Assembly (NCBI GenBank): GCA_963832165.1
Contig: CAWHTE010000003.1
Coordinates: forward strand, 32,001-96,000
Reading direction: 5' to 3'
From: an uncultured delta proteobacterium
GTDB lineage: Bacteria > Myxococcota_A > UBA9160 > SMWR01
Length of the DNA stretch: 64,000 nt
Shown piece after piece: positions 10,133 through 19,838 of this stretch. A program made the translations under genes and the position numbers. The notes under the pieces were generated by a model that did no database searches, was not told where the DNA came from, and saw nothing but the letters and a program-made list of their open reading frames with translations. How positions within the stretch are numbered: position 1 is the first letter of the stretch; every line of letters begins with the position of its first letter.

Positions 10133-11641
10133 TCAGGAGCTGCGTTTCACCACCGCGAAGAACGCGCCGCCATCGCGCCGCAGCGCGAGCAGAGCCTTGT
10201 CGTCGGCCTTGCTGAGCTTCGTCTCCGCATCGAGCCCGTCCGCGACACGCTTGCGGTCGACTTCCTCGATCACGTCGCCCAGGCGCAGCCCCGCGTTCGC
10301 GGCGGGACTGCCCGGGTAGACACCCGTGATCACGGCGCCGCCTTTCGCGACCTCGAGCTTTCCACGGAGTTCGTCTGGCACGTCCGTGATGTCGAAGCCG
10401 AACGCGGTCGATCCGTGCTCGTCGGACGGCTCCGCGCGCGCCACGGGCGGCGGTGCCTCCTCTTTGAGCTCGGCGACCTCGACCGTCTTCGTCAGCTCCT
10501 TGCGGTCGCGGAGCAGCGCGAGCTTCACCGTCGTACCGGGCTTCGCCGCGGCGACCGCGCGCGGCAGGTCGCGCGTCCGCACGATCTCGGTCTCACCGAA
10601 GCCCACGATCAGGTCGCCGCGCTCGAGGCCCGCTTTCGCTGCGGGACCGTTCGGAGCGACCTCCGACACGAGCGCGCCTTTCTGCGTCGAGAGATCCAGC
10701 GCCTCGGCGATGTCGGGGGTCGCGGATTGCACCGCGACGCCGAGCCAGCCGCGCACGACGCGTCCCTCCTTCTCGAGCTGCGGCAGGATCTCCTTGGCCA
10801 TCTGGCTCGGCACCGCGAAGCCGATCGTGTTGGCCTGCGGGTTGATCGCGGTGTTGATGCCGACCACTTCGCCCTTGAGGTCGAGCAGCGGGCCGCCCGA
10901 GTTGCCCGGGTTGATCGCAGCGTCGGTCTGGATGAAGTCGTCGTAGGGACCCTGGCCGATGTCGCGGCCCGTCGCAGAGACGATGCCCGCGGTGACGGTG
11001 TGGTCGAGGCCGAACGGATTGCCGACCGCGATCACCCAGTCGCCCGGCAACAGCGCCGTCGAGTCGCCGAGCGGCAATGCCGTGTAGGCGCGCTTGGCCT
11101 TCGCACGGATCAGCGCGATCTCGGTCTTCGGATCGGTCCCGACGACGGTCGCCTCGGAGTGCGTGCCGTCCTGGAACACGACGTCGATCTTCTGCACGCC
11201 GGCGACGACGTGGTGATTGGTCACGATCAGGCCCGAGTCCGAGATCACGAAGCCCGTTCCGAGGCTCGGCACGGTGACGCGGCGCTGCGCGGGCGGGTCG
11301 AGCGGAGAGCGCGGTTCCGCGAGCCCGCCGCGCTGTCCGAACAAGCCGCCGAACAACTCGTCCAGCCCCCCGAGATCGGGCGCGTCGATCGTCTTCTCGG
11401 TGTGCACGTTGACGACGCCCGGCGCGACGGCGCGTGCGAGGATCGCGAAGCGCGAGTGCGCGCCGTCCCCTGCGATGGCGACGTCGGGCAGATCCCCGTG
11501 CGCGGCGATCGGCGCCGCCATCTCTGCGTGCGCGCTCGTCGGCCCGACCGCGCTCGTGAAGGCGATACCGAGTCCTGCAGTGCAACCCGCGGCGAGCGCG
11601 ATTCCCGCAGCGAACCAGCGGATGCTTCCGGCAGCGATCAT
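10133..11641 (-). CDS. degP: Do/DegP-family periplasmic serine endoprotease with two PDZ domains
   Basis: TNHHVV, DPKTEIAL and IQTDAAINPGNSGGPL motifs, followed by two PDZ-like segments. Confidence 0.92.
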   Translation of the reverse strand: MIAAGSIRWFAAGIALAAGCTAGLGIAFTSAVGPTSAHAEMAAPIAAHGDLPDVAIAGDGAHSRFAILARAVAPGVVNVHTEKTIDAPDLGGLDELFGGLFGQRGGLAEPRSPLDPPAQRRVTVPSLGTGFVISDSGLIVTNHHVVAGVQKIDVVFQDGTHSEATVVGTDPKTEIALIRAKAKRAYTALPLGDSTALLPGDWVIAVGNPFGLDHTVTAGIVSATGRDIGQGPYDDFIQTDAAINPGNSGGPLLDLKGEVVGINTAINPQANTIGFAVPSQMAKEILPQLEKEGRVVRGWLGVAVQSATPDIAEALDLSTQKGALVSEVAPNGPAAKAGLERGDLIVGFGETEIVRTRDLPRAVAAAKPGTTVKLALLRDRKELTKTVEVAELKEEAPPPVARAEPSDEHGSTAFGFDITDVPDELRGKLEVAKGGAVITGVYPGSPAANAGLRLGDVIEEVDRKRVADGLDAETKLSKADDKALLALRRDGGAFFAVVKRSS

Positions 11642-11886
11642 GGCGAGTCCTCCGCAGTCCGTTCACCTTTGAAGAAACTGCACCTGTGCCGAGCCCGGAG
11701 ATGCGGGCTCAGCGCCGCTCATCGCACTCGGACATCTGCACGTGCAGCACAGCAAGCCACGTGCCACTCCTCTGGGTCGGCCGAGTGTGTGGTGGTGCTC
11801 CGTCGCCCGCGCGGTGCCTTCTCCGCCGTCGGGAGACGGGTTTCCGGTTTCGGATGCCCCATCTTCGATACCTGCATGGACGACTG

Positions 11887-11914
11887 TTGACATAACATCT
11901 AATACAGCTAGTTT
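11887..11914 (+). promoter_or_regulatory. Sigma70-like promoter for the transposase, probably giving a leaderless transcript
   Basis: Perfect TTGACA at 11887-11892, a 16-nt spacer and TAGTTT at 11909-11914 within an AT-rich patch; ATG at 11921. Confidence 0.55.
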
Positions 11915-11920
11915 CAAGTT

Positions 11921-12607
11921 ATGACGAAGCGACTCGAACAGCTCGAGCTGACGTTCCGCAGCCATGGCGGCAAGCGAGACGGAGCCGGGCGCAAGCCGGC
12001 CTCGACGCGCCCGCCCGTACATCACGTCCGGCGGCCGAAGGTGCCCAAGGGAAGTCCGGCACACGTCACGCTACGCGTGCGGCGCGATGTGCCTTCGCTG
12101 CGCAGCCGCCGCTTCTTCCGCGACTTTCAGGAGCGACTGCGCGCCGGCTGCGAGCGCGGCGAGTTCCGCGTCTGCCACTTCTCGATTCAGCCCGATCATG
12201 TGCACCTGGTGGTGGAGGCTGCCGGCAAGGAGGCCCTGGGTCGCGGGATGAAGTCGGTCGGGATCCGTCTCGCGCGGGCCGTGAACCGGGTGTTCGGACG
12301 AAAGGGTCCGGTGCTGTTCGGGCGCTACCACCTGCGCGTGCTGCGCACGCCGCGTGAGGTGCGGAATGCGCTCGCGTACGTCCTGCTGAACGCGCGCAAG
12401 CATTGGCAGAAGCGGAACGGGAGCGCTCCGCCGGTCTTGGTCGACATCGCGTCGTCCGGCGCCTGGTTCGACGGCTGGAAGCGGCCGCCGCCCACCCCGG
12501 ATCCCAAAGGCACGCCTCCGGTGGCGCCAGCTCGATTCTGGCTCTTGAGGGAAGGATGGCGCCGCCGTGGGTTGGTGGATCCCGCAGAGGTTCCGGGCAG
12601 CGCGTAG
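11921..12607 (+). CDS. REP-associated tyrosine transposase-like protein (RAYT / IS200-family Y1 HUH)
   Basis: HVTLR, HUH motif PDHVHLVVEA, catalytic Tyr in ALAYVLLNARKH, N-terminal GGKRDGAGRKP. No tnpB downstream. Confidence 0.85.
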   Translation: MTKRLEQLELTFRSHGGKRDGAGRKPASTRPPVHHVRRPKVPKGSPAHVTLRVRRDVPSLRSRRFFRDFQERLRAGCERGEFRVCHFSIQPDHVHLVVEAAGKEALGRGMKSVGIRLARAVNRVFGRKGPVLFGRYHLRVLRTPREVRNALAYVLLNARKHWQKRNGSAPPVLVDIASSGAWFDGWKRPPPTPDPKGTPPVAPARFWLLREGWRRRGLVDPAEVPGSA

Positions 12608-12662
12608 GGCAGGTGAAGCCCGGCCGAAAGGGCTCGCTTGGCTCGGGTCGCTCAGGATGACA
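12604..12662. repeat. REP-like imperfect hairpin between the convergent transposase and kinase genes
   Basis: GTAGGGC (containing the transposase stop), then an AGCCC-loop-GGGCT stem, ending in CGCTCAGGATGACA. Confidence 0.4.
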
Positions 12663-13539
12663 ATACGCGAGCAATGTCGAGTCGCGAGGAGTTCCACTCA
12701 TCGCGTGGCTCGGCGGCTGCGCGTGCGAAGGTCCAGAGCCGAACGCTCTCTGCGTCGACGCCGAGGAGGTCCACGAAGCGATCGATCGTCTCGTTGGGCT
12801 TGGCGAGCAGTCGCTCCACGCAGTAGAACAGGTGCTGCGTAGCGTCGTACGCGGGGTCACCGACGAATGGCTTGGGGTCGATCATCAGCCATGGCTCGCG
12901 GCGCGCTCGCAAGATGTTTCCCGCGTGAAGATCGGTCACCAGGAGAACGCTTGCAGACGCCGACCGAGGAAGTTCCTCGAAGAGCGCTAGTCCGGCACGC
13001 ACGAGACCGGGGTCGATCCAGTGCTCGGCGTCGGCCAGCGTCTCCGTCGCCCAGTGAGCCAGCATCGCCGTCAACGGACGGAACGGATGCAAGTCGGCCG
13101 GGGCGCGCCAGAGCCTCCGAAGCAAGCTTGCGACGATTACGTCTTGATCCGGCTCTGGACGCTCGCGCAGCAGCGTGCCGGGCTCACAGCGCTCGAGGAG
13201 CATCGCGCCGACTGACTCGTCGGCCTCGAGGAGACGAACGGTCCCGTCGCCGTTCCAGAGACACAGGCCGGCGATTTCGTGATCTCCCTCCATATGGGGC
13301 ATTCGGATCTTGAGCACGGCGCGGACACCGACGCTACGAGTCGCGGGCGCGACCCACGCCGCGCCTCCCTCGTCGGTGTCGAACGGGGTATCGATCGTGA
13401 GTGACCAACGATCGCCGAGATCACGCACCACTCCGGGCAGCCGCTCGAGCCACGCGGAGCGTTCCGGAGTCTTGCGGCAGTTGCGGGCGAGAGAACTGGG
13501 GATGATCACGGCTATGCCACTGCGGCCGGTAGTGCGCAA
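12652..13539 (-). CDS. APH(6)/StrB-like aminoglycoside/hydroxyurea-resistance kinase family protein
   Basis: AVLKI, MLLERCEPG, DLHAGNIL, IDPKPFVGDPAYD. True start may be the GTG near 13509. Confidence 0.85.
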   Translation of the reverse strand: MRTTGRSGIAVIIPSSLARNCRKTPERSAWLERLPGVVRDLGDRWSLTIDTPFDTDEGGAAWVAPATRSVGVRAVLKIRMPHMEGDHEIAGLCLWNGDGTVRLLEADESVGAMLLERCEPGTLLRERPEPDQDVIVASLLRRLWRAPADLHPFRPLTAMLAHWATETLADAEHWIDPGLVRAGLALFEELPRSASASVLLVTDLHAGNILRARREPWLMIDPKPFVGDPAYDATQHLFYCVERLLAKPNETIDRFVDLLGVDAESVRLWTFARAAAEPRDEWNSSRLDIARVLSS

Positions 13540-13544
13540 CTAGT

Positions 13545-15567
13545 CTAGTGCCGTGGACCCTCGCTCGGAACCGCCGCCGTCGGCCCGCTCTCGAGCGGCG
13601 GCGCGGGCGGAAGTCCCGTCACCTCGAGGATCTCGCGCTCGTCGAGCGTCTCGCGCTCGAGCAGCGCGGCGACCAGCGCGTCGAGCGGCTTGCGGTGCTC
13701 GGAGAGCAGCCGCACGGCATCCTCGTGGCTCTCGCCGATGATGCGCTGCACCTCGGAGTCGATCACGCGCGCGGTCTCCTCGGAAAACGGCGGGTCGGCG
13801 CCGCATTCCTGCGACACTGCCGAGGAACGGGTTCGCGCGCGGCGCGAGCTGTACGAGCCCGAGCGCGTCGCTCATTCCCCAGCGCGTGACCATGTTGCGC
13901 GCGATCTGGGTGGCCTGCTCGATGTCGTTCTCCGCGCCCGTGGTGCGCGTGCCGTAGACGATCTCCTCGGCGGCGCGTCCGCCGAGCATGCCCACGATAC
14001 GCGCGCGCAGATAGCCCTCGGGATAGTTGTAGCGGTCGCTCTCGGGGCGCTGATAGGTCACGCCGAGCGCCTGGCCGCGCGGCACGATCGTCACGCGGTT
14101 CACGGGATCGGCGCCGGGCACGACCAGCCCCAGGATCGCGTGCCCGCCCTCGTGGTAGGCGATGCGCTCGCGGTCGGCGCGCGAGAGCAGGAGAGGGCGC
14201 TCGGGCCCCAGGATGATCTTCTCGAGCGCATCGATGAAGTCCTTCTGCCGCACTTCGTCCTGCTCGCGGCGCGCCGCGAGCAGCGCGGCTTCGTTCACGA
14301 GGTTGCGCAGGTCCGCACCCGAGAGTCCCGGCGTGGTCGACGCGAGCTCGGTCATGTCGACGTCTTTCGCGAGCGGGATCCCGCGCGTGTGGACCGCGAG
14401 GATCGCCTCGCGGCCGGCCTTGTCGGGAAGGTTCACGACGACGCGGCGATCGAAGCGGCCGGGCCGCAGCAACGCCCGGTCGAGCACCTCGGGCTGGTTC
14501 GTCGCCGCGAGCACGATGATGCCCTCGCGGCTCGAGAAGCCGTCCATCTCGGTGAGGATCTGGTTGAGCGTCTGCTCCTGCTCGCTCGAGCCCCCGATCG
14601 CCACGGCGCCGCGCGCGCGGCCGATCGAATCGATCTCGTCGATGAAGATGATCGCGGGTGCGTGCTCGCGCGCCTGCTTGAACAGATCGCGCACGCGCGC
14701 CGCACCCACGCCGACGATCATCTCCACGAACTCCGCGGCGCTCATCGAGAAGAACGGAACGCCCGCCTCGCCCGCGACGGCCCGCGCGAGCAGCGTCTTT
14801 CCGGTTCCGGGCGCACCCACGAGCAGCACGCCCTTGGGCGCCGTGCCGCCGAGCCGCGTGTACTTCTTCGGATCGCGCAGAAAGTCGACGATCTCGACCA
14901 GCTCGTTCTCGGCCTCGTCGATGCCCGCGACGTCTTCGAACGTGACGCGCCCGGTCGCCTCCGTGTCGTAACGGCGCGCGCGGCTGCGCCCGATGCCCAT
15001 GAGGCCGCCGCCCTGCGCGGCCGCGCGCCGGAACATGAACACGTAGAAGCCGATCAACAGGATGGCGGGCCCGAAGCCGTAGAGCAGCGTCGACCACCAG
15101 CTGCTCGACTGGATCGGGACCGCGCTGATCTCGACGCCGTGCTTGATCAGGAAGTCCTCGAGGCCCGGGTCGACGAACGCAGGCAGCGTCGTGGTGAACT
15201 CGCTCGCGGTGCGCGGCGCGGATGGAGCCGCAAGGCCGAACCCCATCGGCTCGTCTCGCTGCGCGGCCATGTCTTCCGCGGCTGGCTCCTTCTTCTCGGG
15301 CGGCCACGTGACCGGCGCCGCAAAGCGGCCCTCGATGCTCTCGCCGCGGCTGTAGATCGACTCGACGTTGCGCTTCGCGACTTCCTGCTTGAACGCCGTG
15401 TAGGGCACGGTGATCGGCTCGGAAGCGGGAAAGAAGAGCCGCATCACGAGGAAGTTCGCGATCAGCGCGGCCAGGAATGCCATCCAGATCTGGCGCGGCG
15501 GCAGGACCGTCTGCCTGGGCGTCTTGGGCTCTCCGGGCTCTGCCTTGCGTCGTTCCATCGCCATCAC
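13545..15567 (-). CDS. ftsH: ATP-dependent zinc metalloprotease FtsH, frameshifted near 13805-13815
   Basis: Two TM helices, [29 protein letters not shown]. The C-terminus [13 protein letters not shown]...LLERETL lies in ORF 13545..13817. Confidence 0.93.
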
Positions 15568-15614
15568 CCGACTACTCTGCGATCGCGGTTCGGTTCCGGT
15601 TCAGCATATCGCCA

Positions 15615-16793
15615 TCAGACGTGGCGCAACGCGGCCACGATCTCGAGCCGCGACGCCGAGCGCGCGGGCAGGAAGCCGCCCACGGCGCCGATCGCGAGCG
15701 CCATCGCCATGCCCTGCGCGGCGTTCGCGGGACCGATCGCGAGCTCGAACGAGAGGCTCACGAGCGAGAACGCGACGCCGTCCCACGCGAACGCGAGCAG
15801 CACACCGATCGCGCCGCCGAAGAGCGACACCATTGCGCTCTCGATCAGGAGTGCGGCGCCGACGCGCCAGCGCCCGAAGCCGAGCGCGCGCAGCGTTCCC
15901 ATCTCCCGGATCCGCCGGCTCATCGTCGCGTACATCGTGTTCGCGCCCGCCACCACCGCGCCGAGCCCGAGCAGTGCGCCGATCAGATTGCCCAGGTAGA
16001 CGAACGCGGTCGACACGCGCTGCATCTGCGCGTAGTAGTCGGGCTCGGTCTTCGCCGACGCGTTGACCGAGCGCGACTGCTCGATCTGATCGACGAGCGT
16101 CCGCGCGGCCTGCGCATCCGCCGCGCGCAGCACCACGGCGGAGGCCTCGCGGTCGCCGCTCTTGCCGCGCAGATCCTCGAGCGTCATCCAGATCTCGCTC
16201 TCGAAGAACTGGCCTTCGGCGGAGAGCACGCCGACCACGCGGTGCGGGCGGCCCTCGACGAGGATCTCGCTGCCGATCCCGATCGCGCCGAGGTTCTCCG
16301 TGACGAGCCGGCCCATCAAGAGCTCGCCGGGTGCGGACGGGAACCGCCCCGCGCTGATCCGCAGGCCCGGATGCACGAGCAGCGCCGCCGGCGTGACCCC
16401 GCGCAGCGTCATGTAGCGCTGGGACGCCGGATCGTCGGGAGGCAGGCCCGGGATCGGGATCCGCCGCATCGCGAGCAGCTCGACGCTCGCGAGCGGCTCG
16501 CCGCTCGCGTCGCGCAGGGCGCCGGGCACATAGCGCGCCGCGTTCACGGTCGGAGCATCGAGGCGCGAGCTCTCGGCGCTGCCCGAGCCCTTCGAGAGCA
16601 CGATCACGTTCGCGGGGTTGCCCGTGCTCGCGGCGATCCCGCGAAGCGAATCGGCGGTGGCGCCCATCACGACGTAGACCATCACCGAGATCGCCACGCC
16701 GAACGCGGTGACGGCGGTGGCGCTGCGGTGCGCCCACGCGTTGCGCCAGGCATAGCGCAGCGGCAGCGAGATCCGGGACCAGCGCGGGCTCAT
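15615..16793 (-). CDS. ABC transporter permease (MacB/FtsX family)
   Basis: NTMYATMSRRIREMGTLRALGF; C-terminal LPARSASRL. Confidence 0.9.
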   Translation of the reverse strand: MSPRWSRISLPLRYAWRNAWAHRSATAVTAFGVAISVMVYVVMGATADSLRGIAASTGNPANVIVLSKGSGSAESSRLDAPTVNAARYVPGALRDASGEPLASVELLAMRRIPIPGLPPDDPASQRYMTLRGVTPAALLVHPGLRISAGRFPSAPGELLMGRLVTENLGAIGIGSEILVEGRPHRVVGVLSAEGQFFESEIWMTLEDLRGKSGDREASAVVLRAADAQAARTLVDQIEQSRSVNASAKTEPDYYAQMQRVSTAFVYLGNLIGALLGLGAVVAGANTMYATMSRRIREMGTLRALGFGRWRVGAALLIESAMVSLFGGAIGVLLAFAWDGVAFSLVSLSFELAIGPANAAQGMAMALAIGAVGGFLPARSASRLEIVAALRHV

Positions 16794-17962
16794 TCGCTGT
16801 ACCGGAGCGCGTCGCTGATCGGCATGCGCACCGCGCGGAGGGCGGGGGGAGCGCCCGCGAGCAGGCCGAGCGGAATCGAGAGCAGCGCCGCGCGCACCAG
16901 GACCGAGACGTCGCTCTTGTAGACGAAGCCCGCGCCGGGGATCTCGACGCGCCCGGTCGCAAACACCGCGTAGGCCGCGAGCGCGCCGATCGTGCCTCCC
17001 ACCACCGCCACCGCGAGCGCCTCGGCGAGCACGAGGCTGATCACGCGCGCGTGGCCGTAGCCCATCGCGCGCAGCGTGCCGATCTCGCGCGTGCGCTCGC
17101 GCACGCCCACCGCGATGCTGTTCGCCACCACGAGCAGCGTCACCGCGAGCGCGAGGTAGCCGACGATGCGCAGGCCGTCGCGCGCATCGGAGAGGCTCGC
17201 GATGAAGGGCGCGATGTGCGCCTTCTCCGTGACGGTCTCGGTCGGCATCGTGTAGTTGGCGAAGCGGAGGTCGATCGCCTCGGCCACCGCGGATGCGATC
17301 CCGGCATCACGCGCGAGCACCTGGATGAACGAGACGCGGCCGCCGCTGCCCTGCACCTCCTCGAGATAGTCGAGCTGCACCAGCGCCACACGGTCGAGCC
17401 GGTCGCCGCGTGCGATGTCGCCGCGGATCGTGAAGGTGAGGTCGGGGCTGCGCGCGCGGCCGCCGATCGTCACGCGATCCCCGATCTTCCAGCCGTTGTC
17501 CTCGAGCATGCGCGCGCCCACGACCGCCGCGTCGCGCTCGGTCAGGAACGCGCGCAGCTCGCTGCCGGTCACGCCGGTGGGGATGCCGAGCTTCAGGTGC
17601 GAGTCGGGCAGGATGCCCATCGCCACCGCATAGCTTCCCTCCTCGCGTCCGGAGCCGAAGTGGAAGCGCACCGGCGAGGCGGCCACCACGCCCGGCATCT
17701 CCTCGATCGCCCGGGCGTAGCTCGCCGGCAGCTGCGCGCGCCAGTAGTCCGGGTCGGCCGCGCGCGTGAACAGGAGCGCGTCGCGCGATGCGCCGGAGAC
17801 CAGGTGGCTCATCGAGTAGAGCAGGCTCTCGAGCGACGTGAACAGGAAGAATGCGATCACGAGCCCGAGGAAGGTGAGCGAGGTGCGGCGCGGGTTGCGG
17901 CGCAGCTGGCGCGCGACCAGCGGCGCCTGCCGGGCGATCTCCGTGAAGAGCTTCGGCGTCAC
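16790..17962 (-). CDS. ABC transporter permease (MacB/FtsX family)
   Basis: GTG at 17962 overlaps the ATPase stop; RRNPRRTSLT, ERTREIGTLRAMG. Confidence 0.88.
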   Translation of the reverse strand: MTPKLFTEIARQAPLVARQLRRNPRRTSLTFLGLVIAFFLFTSLESLLYSMSHLVSGASRDALLFTRAADPDYWRAQLPASYARAIEEMPGVVAASPVRFHFGSGREEGSYAVAMGILPDSHLKLGIPTGVTGSELRAFLTERDAAVVGARMLEDNGWKIGDRVTIGGRARSPDLTFTIRGDIARGDRLDRVALVQLDYLEEVQGSGGRVSFIQVLARDAGIASAVAEAIDLRFANYTMPTETVTEKAHIAPFIASLSDARDGLRIVGYLALAVTLLVVANSIAVGVRERTREIGTLRAMGYGHARVISLVLAEALAVAVVGGTIGALAAYAVFATGRVEIPGAGFVYKSDVSVLVRAALLSIPLGLLAGAPPALRAVRMPISDALRYSE

Positions 17963-18639
17963 GGCATGTCCGCGAGCCGGCCCTTCTCGAGGTGCACGAC
18001 GCGGCGCGCTTTCGCGGCCGCGCGCGGGTCGTGCGTGACCATCACGAACGTGGTGCCGGCCTGGCGGTTCAACAGGGCCATCAGCGAGAGCACCTCTTCC
18101 GCGTTCTCGCTGTCGAGGTCGCCCGTGGGCTCGTCTGCGAGCACGAGCAGCGGGTCGTTCACGAGCGCGCGCGCGATTGCCACGCGCTGCTGCTCGCCGC
18201 CCGACAGCTCGCCGGGCCGGTGATCGAGCCGGTGTCCGAGCCCGACGATCCGCAGCGCGGCCTCGCAGCGCTCCCGCCGCTCGTCGCCACCGTAGTCGGA
18301 GATCAGGAGCGGGATCTCGACGTTCTCGAGCGCGGAGAGCACCGGGATCAGGTTGTAGAACTGGAAGATGAAGCCGACGCGCCGGTTCCTCCAGCGGTCG
18401 AGCTCGGACTCGCTGAAGTCGGAGAGCTCGCGGCCGTCGATGCGCAGGCTGCCGCGCGTCGGGCGGTCGAGCCCCGCGATCAGGTTGAGCAGCGTCGATT
18501 TGCCCGACCCGGACGGGCCCATCAGCGCCACGAACTCGCCGCGCGCGATGTCGAGCGAGAGGTCCGCGAGCACGGGCACTTCGCTCGCACCGCGCCAGTA
18601 GGACTTGTAGACGCCGCGGATCTCGACGAGCCCGCTCAC
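17959..18639 (-). CDS. ABC transporter ATP-binding protein (LolD/MacB-like)
   Basis: GPSGSGKS, LSGGEQQR, LADEPTGDLD. Confidence 0.95.
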   Translation of the reverse strand: MSGLVEIRGVYKSYWRGASEVPVLADLSLDIARGEFVALMGPSGSGKSTLLNLIAGLDRPTRGSLRIDGRELSDFSESELDRWRNRRVGFIFQFYNLIPVLSALENVEIPLLISDYGGDERRERCEAALRIVGLGHRLDHRPGELSGGEQQRVAIARALVNDPLLVLADEPTGDLDSENAEEVLSLMALLNRQAGTTFVMVTHDPRAAAKARRVVHLEKGRLADMP

Positions 18640-19838
18640 GACGCCGCGCTGGCCGGCTGCACCGCATCGCCGTCGCGCAGGCGCTCGGGCGGGTGTTCGA
18701 CGAGCGGCGTGCCCTCCTCGGGGCCTTCGTCGAGTGCGAAGAATCCGTCGCCGAGGTCGCGTCCCTTCACGGGCACCGCTCTGGCGCGGTTGTCGTCGAC
18801 CGTGAACACGACGCGCCCATCGCCGCGCGCGACCACGGCGCTCGTCGGCACCGCGCGCAGCACCTCGATCGCACCGGTCGGCTCTGCGGCGAGGAAGCTC
18901 ACCTTCGCCGACATGTCGGGCAAGAGCGCGCGGTCGGGCGCGCGGATCCGCACCTTCACGGGCACGACGCCCTTCAGGCGGTCCGCCATCGCCGCGATCT
19001 CGATCACGTCGGCGAGGTAGCGCTGGCGCGGCATCGCTTCCGGCGTCACGAGCGCGACTGCGCCCAGCGACACCTTGCGGATCTCGCTCTCACCGACCTC
19101 GAGCGCCACCTCGAGCGCGGAGAGGTCGGCGAGCGTCACGACCGCGGTGCCCGGATCGCCCTCGGCGTTGACGCCGATCGTGAGAAACTCGCCGACGTCG
19201 CGGATCTTCCGGATCACGGTGCCGTCGATCGGAGCGCGGATCTCGCGGTTGTCGAGCGCGACGCGCGCGAGATCGCGCTGTGCGCGCGACACCTCCTGAC
19301 GAGTCCGCGCGCGGTCGAGCGCAGCCTGCGATCCGACGTTGCCCGTGCGCAGGTTCTCCACGCGCCGGAGCTCGCGCGTGGCGTCGGCATACTCCGCTTC
19401 GGCGAGCGCGACCTGCGCGCGGGCCTCGTCGCTCTCGAGCCGCGCGATCAGATCGCCCGTGGAGATGCGCTGGTTCTCGGCGACGGCCATCTCGACGATC
19501 TTGCCCTGCGCCTTGCTGCTCACGGTGATCTGGCGGTGGGCCTCGAGATAGCCCGATGCCGAGAGCGACACGGGCGGCGCGCCGACGTCGCGCCACGCCA
19601 CGGTCGTGAGCGTGACCTCGGGCGGTGCGTTCCAGATGCGCCATGCGCCGGCCGCGCCGAGCGCGAGGGCGACGAGCGCCACCGAGATCCAGATCCGGAT
19701 CCGCCGCCGGCGCGCTGCACTTCGCTCGGGTCCGGGCCCGCGCGCCTCGCCGCGCAGCACCGCGAGGTCGCGCGCGAGCGCGCTCTCGAGCGGCCGCGGA
19801 GCGTCTTCGGGGGAAGGGTCGGGTCGGCGTTGGCTCAT
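18636..19838 (-). CDS. Efflux periplasmic adaptor (MacA/HlyD family)
   Basis: TM anchor, SASGYL, IRAPIDGTV, LLPDMSAKVSF; ATG at 19838. Confidence 0.88.
   Translation of the reverse strand: MSQRRPDPSPEDAPRPLESALARDLAVLRGEARGPGPERSAARRRRIRIWISVALVALALGAAGAWRIWNAPPEVTLTTVAWRDVGAPPVSLSASGYLEAHRQITVSSKAQGKIVEMAVAENQRISTGDLIARLESDEARAQVALAEAEYADATRELRRVENLRTGNVGSQAALDRARTRQEVSRAQRDLARVALDNREIRAPIDGTVIRKIRDVGEFLTIGVNAEGDPGTAVVTLADLSALEVALEVGESEIRKVSLGAVALVTPEAMPRQRYLADVIEIAAMADRLKGVVPVKVRIRAPDRALLPDMSAKVSFLAAEPTGAIEVLRAVPTSAVVARGDGRVVFTVDDNRARAVPVKGRDLGDGFFALDEGPEEGTPLVEHPPERLRDGDAVQPASAAS

Noticed and set aside
11884..11907. CTGT...ACAG as a LexA box
   Set aside because: The spacer is 16 nt rather than the canonical 8.
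11921..12700. IS200/IS605 element with TnpB/IscB or an RNA-guided system
   Set aside because: No RuvC-type ORF adjoins the Y1 transposase; the downstream gene is a convergent kinase.
12652..13539. Bona fide streptomycin resistance gene strB
   Set aside because: Only family-level motifs are visible; substrate and close identity cannot be established from sequence alone.
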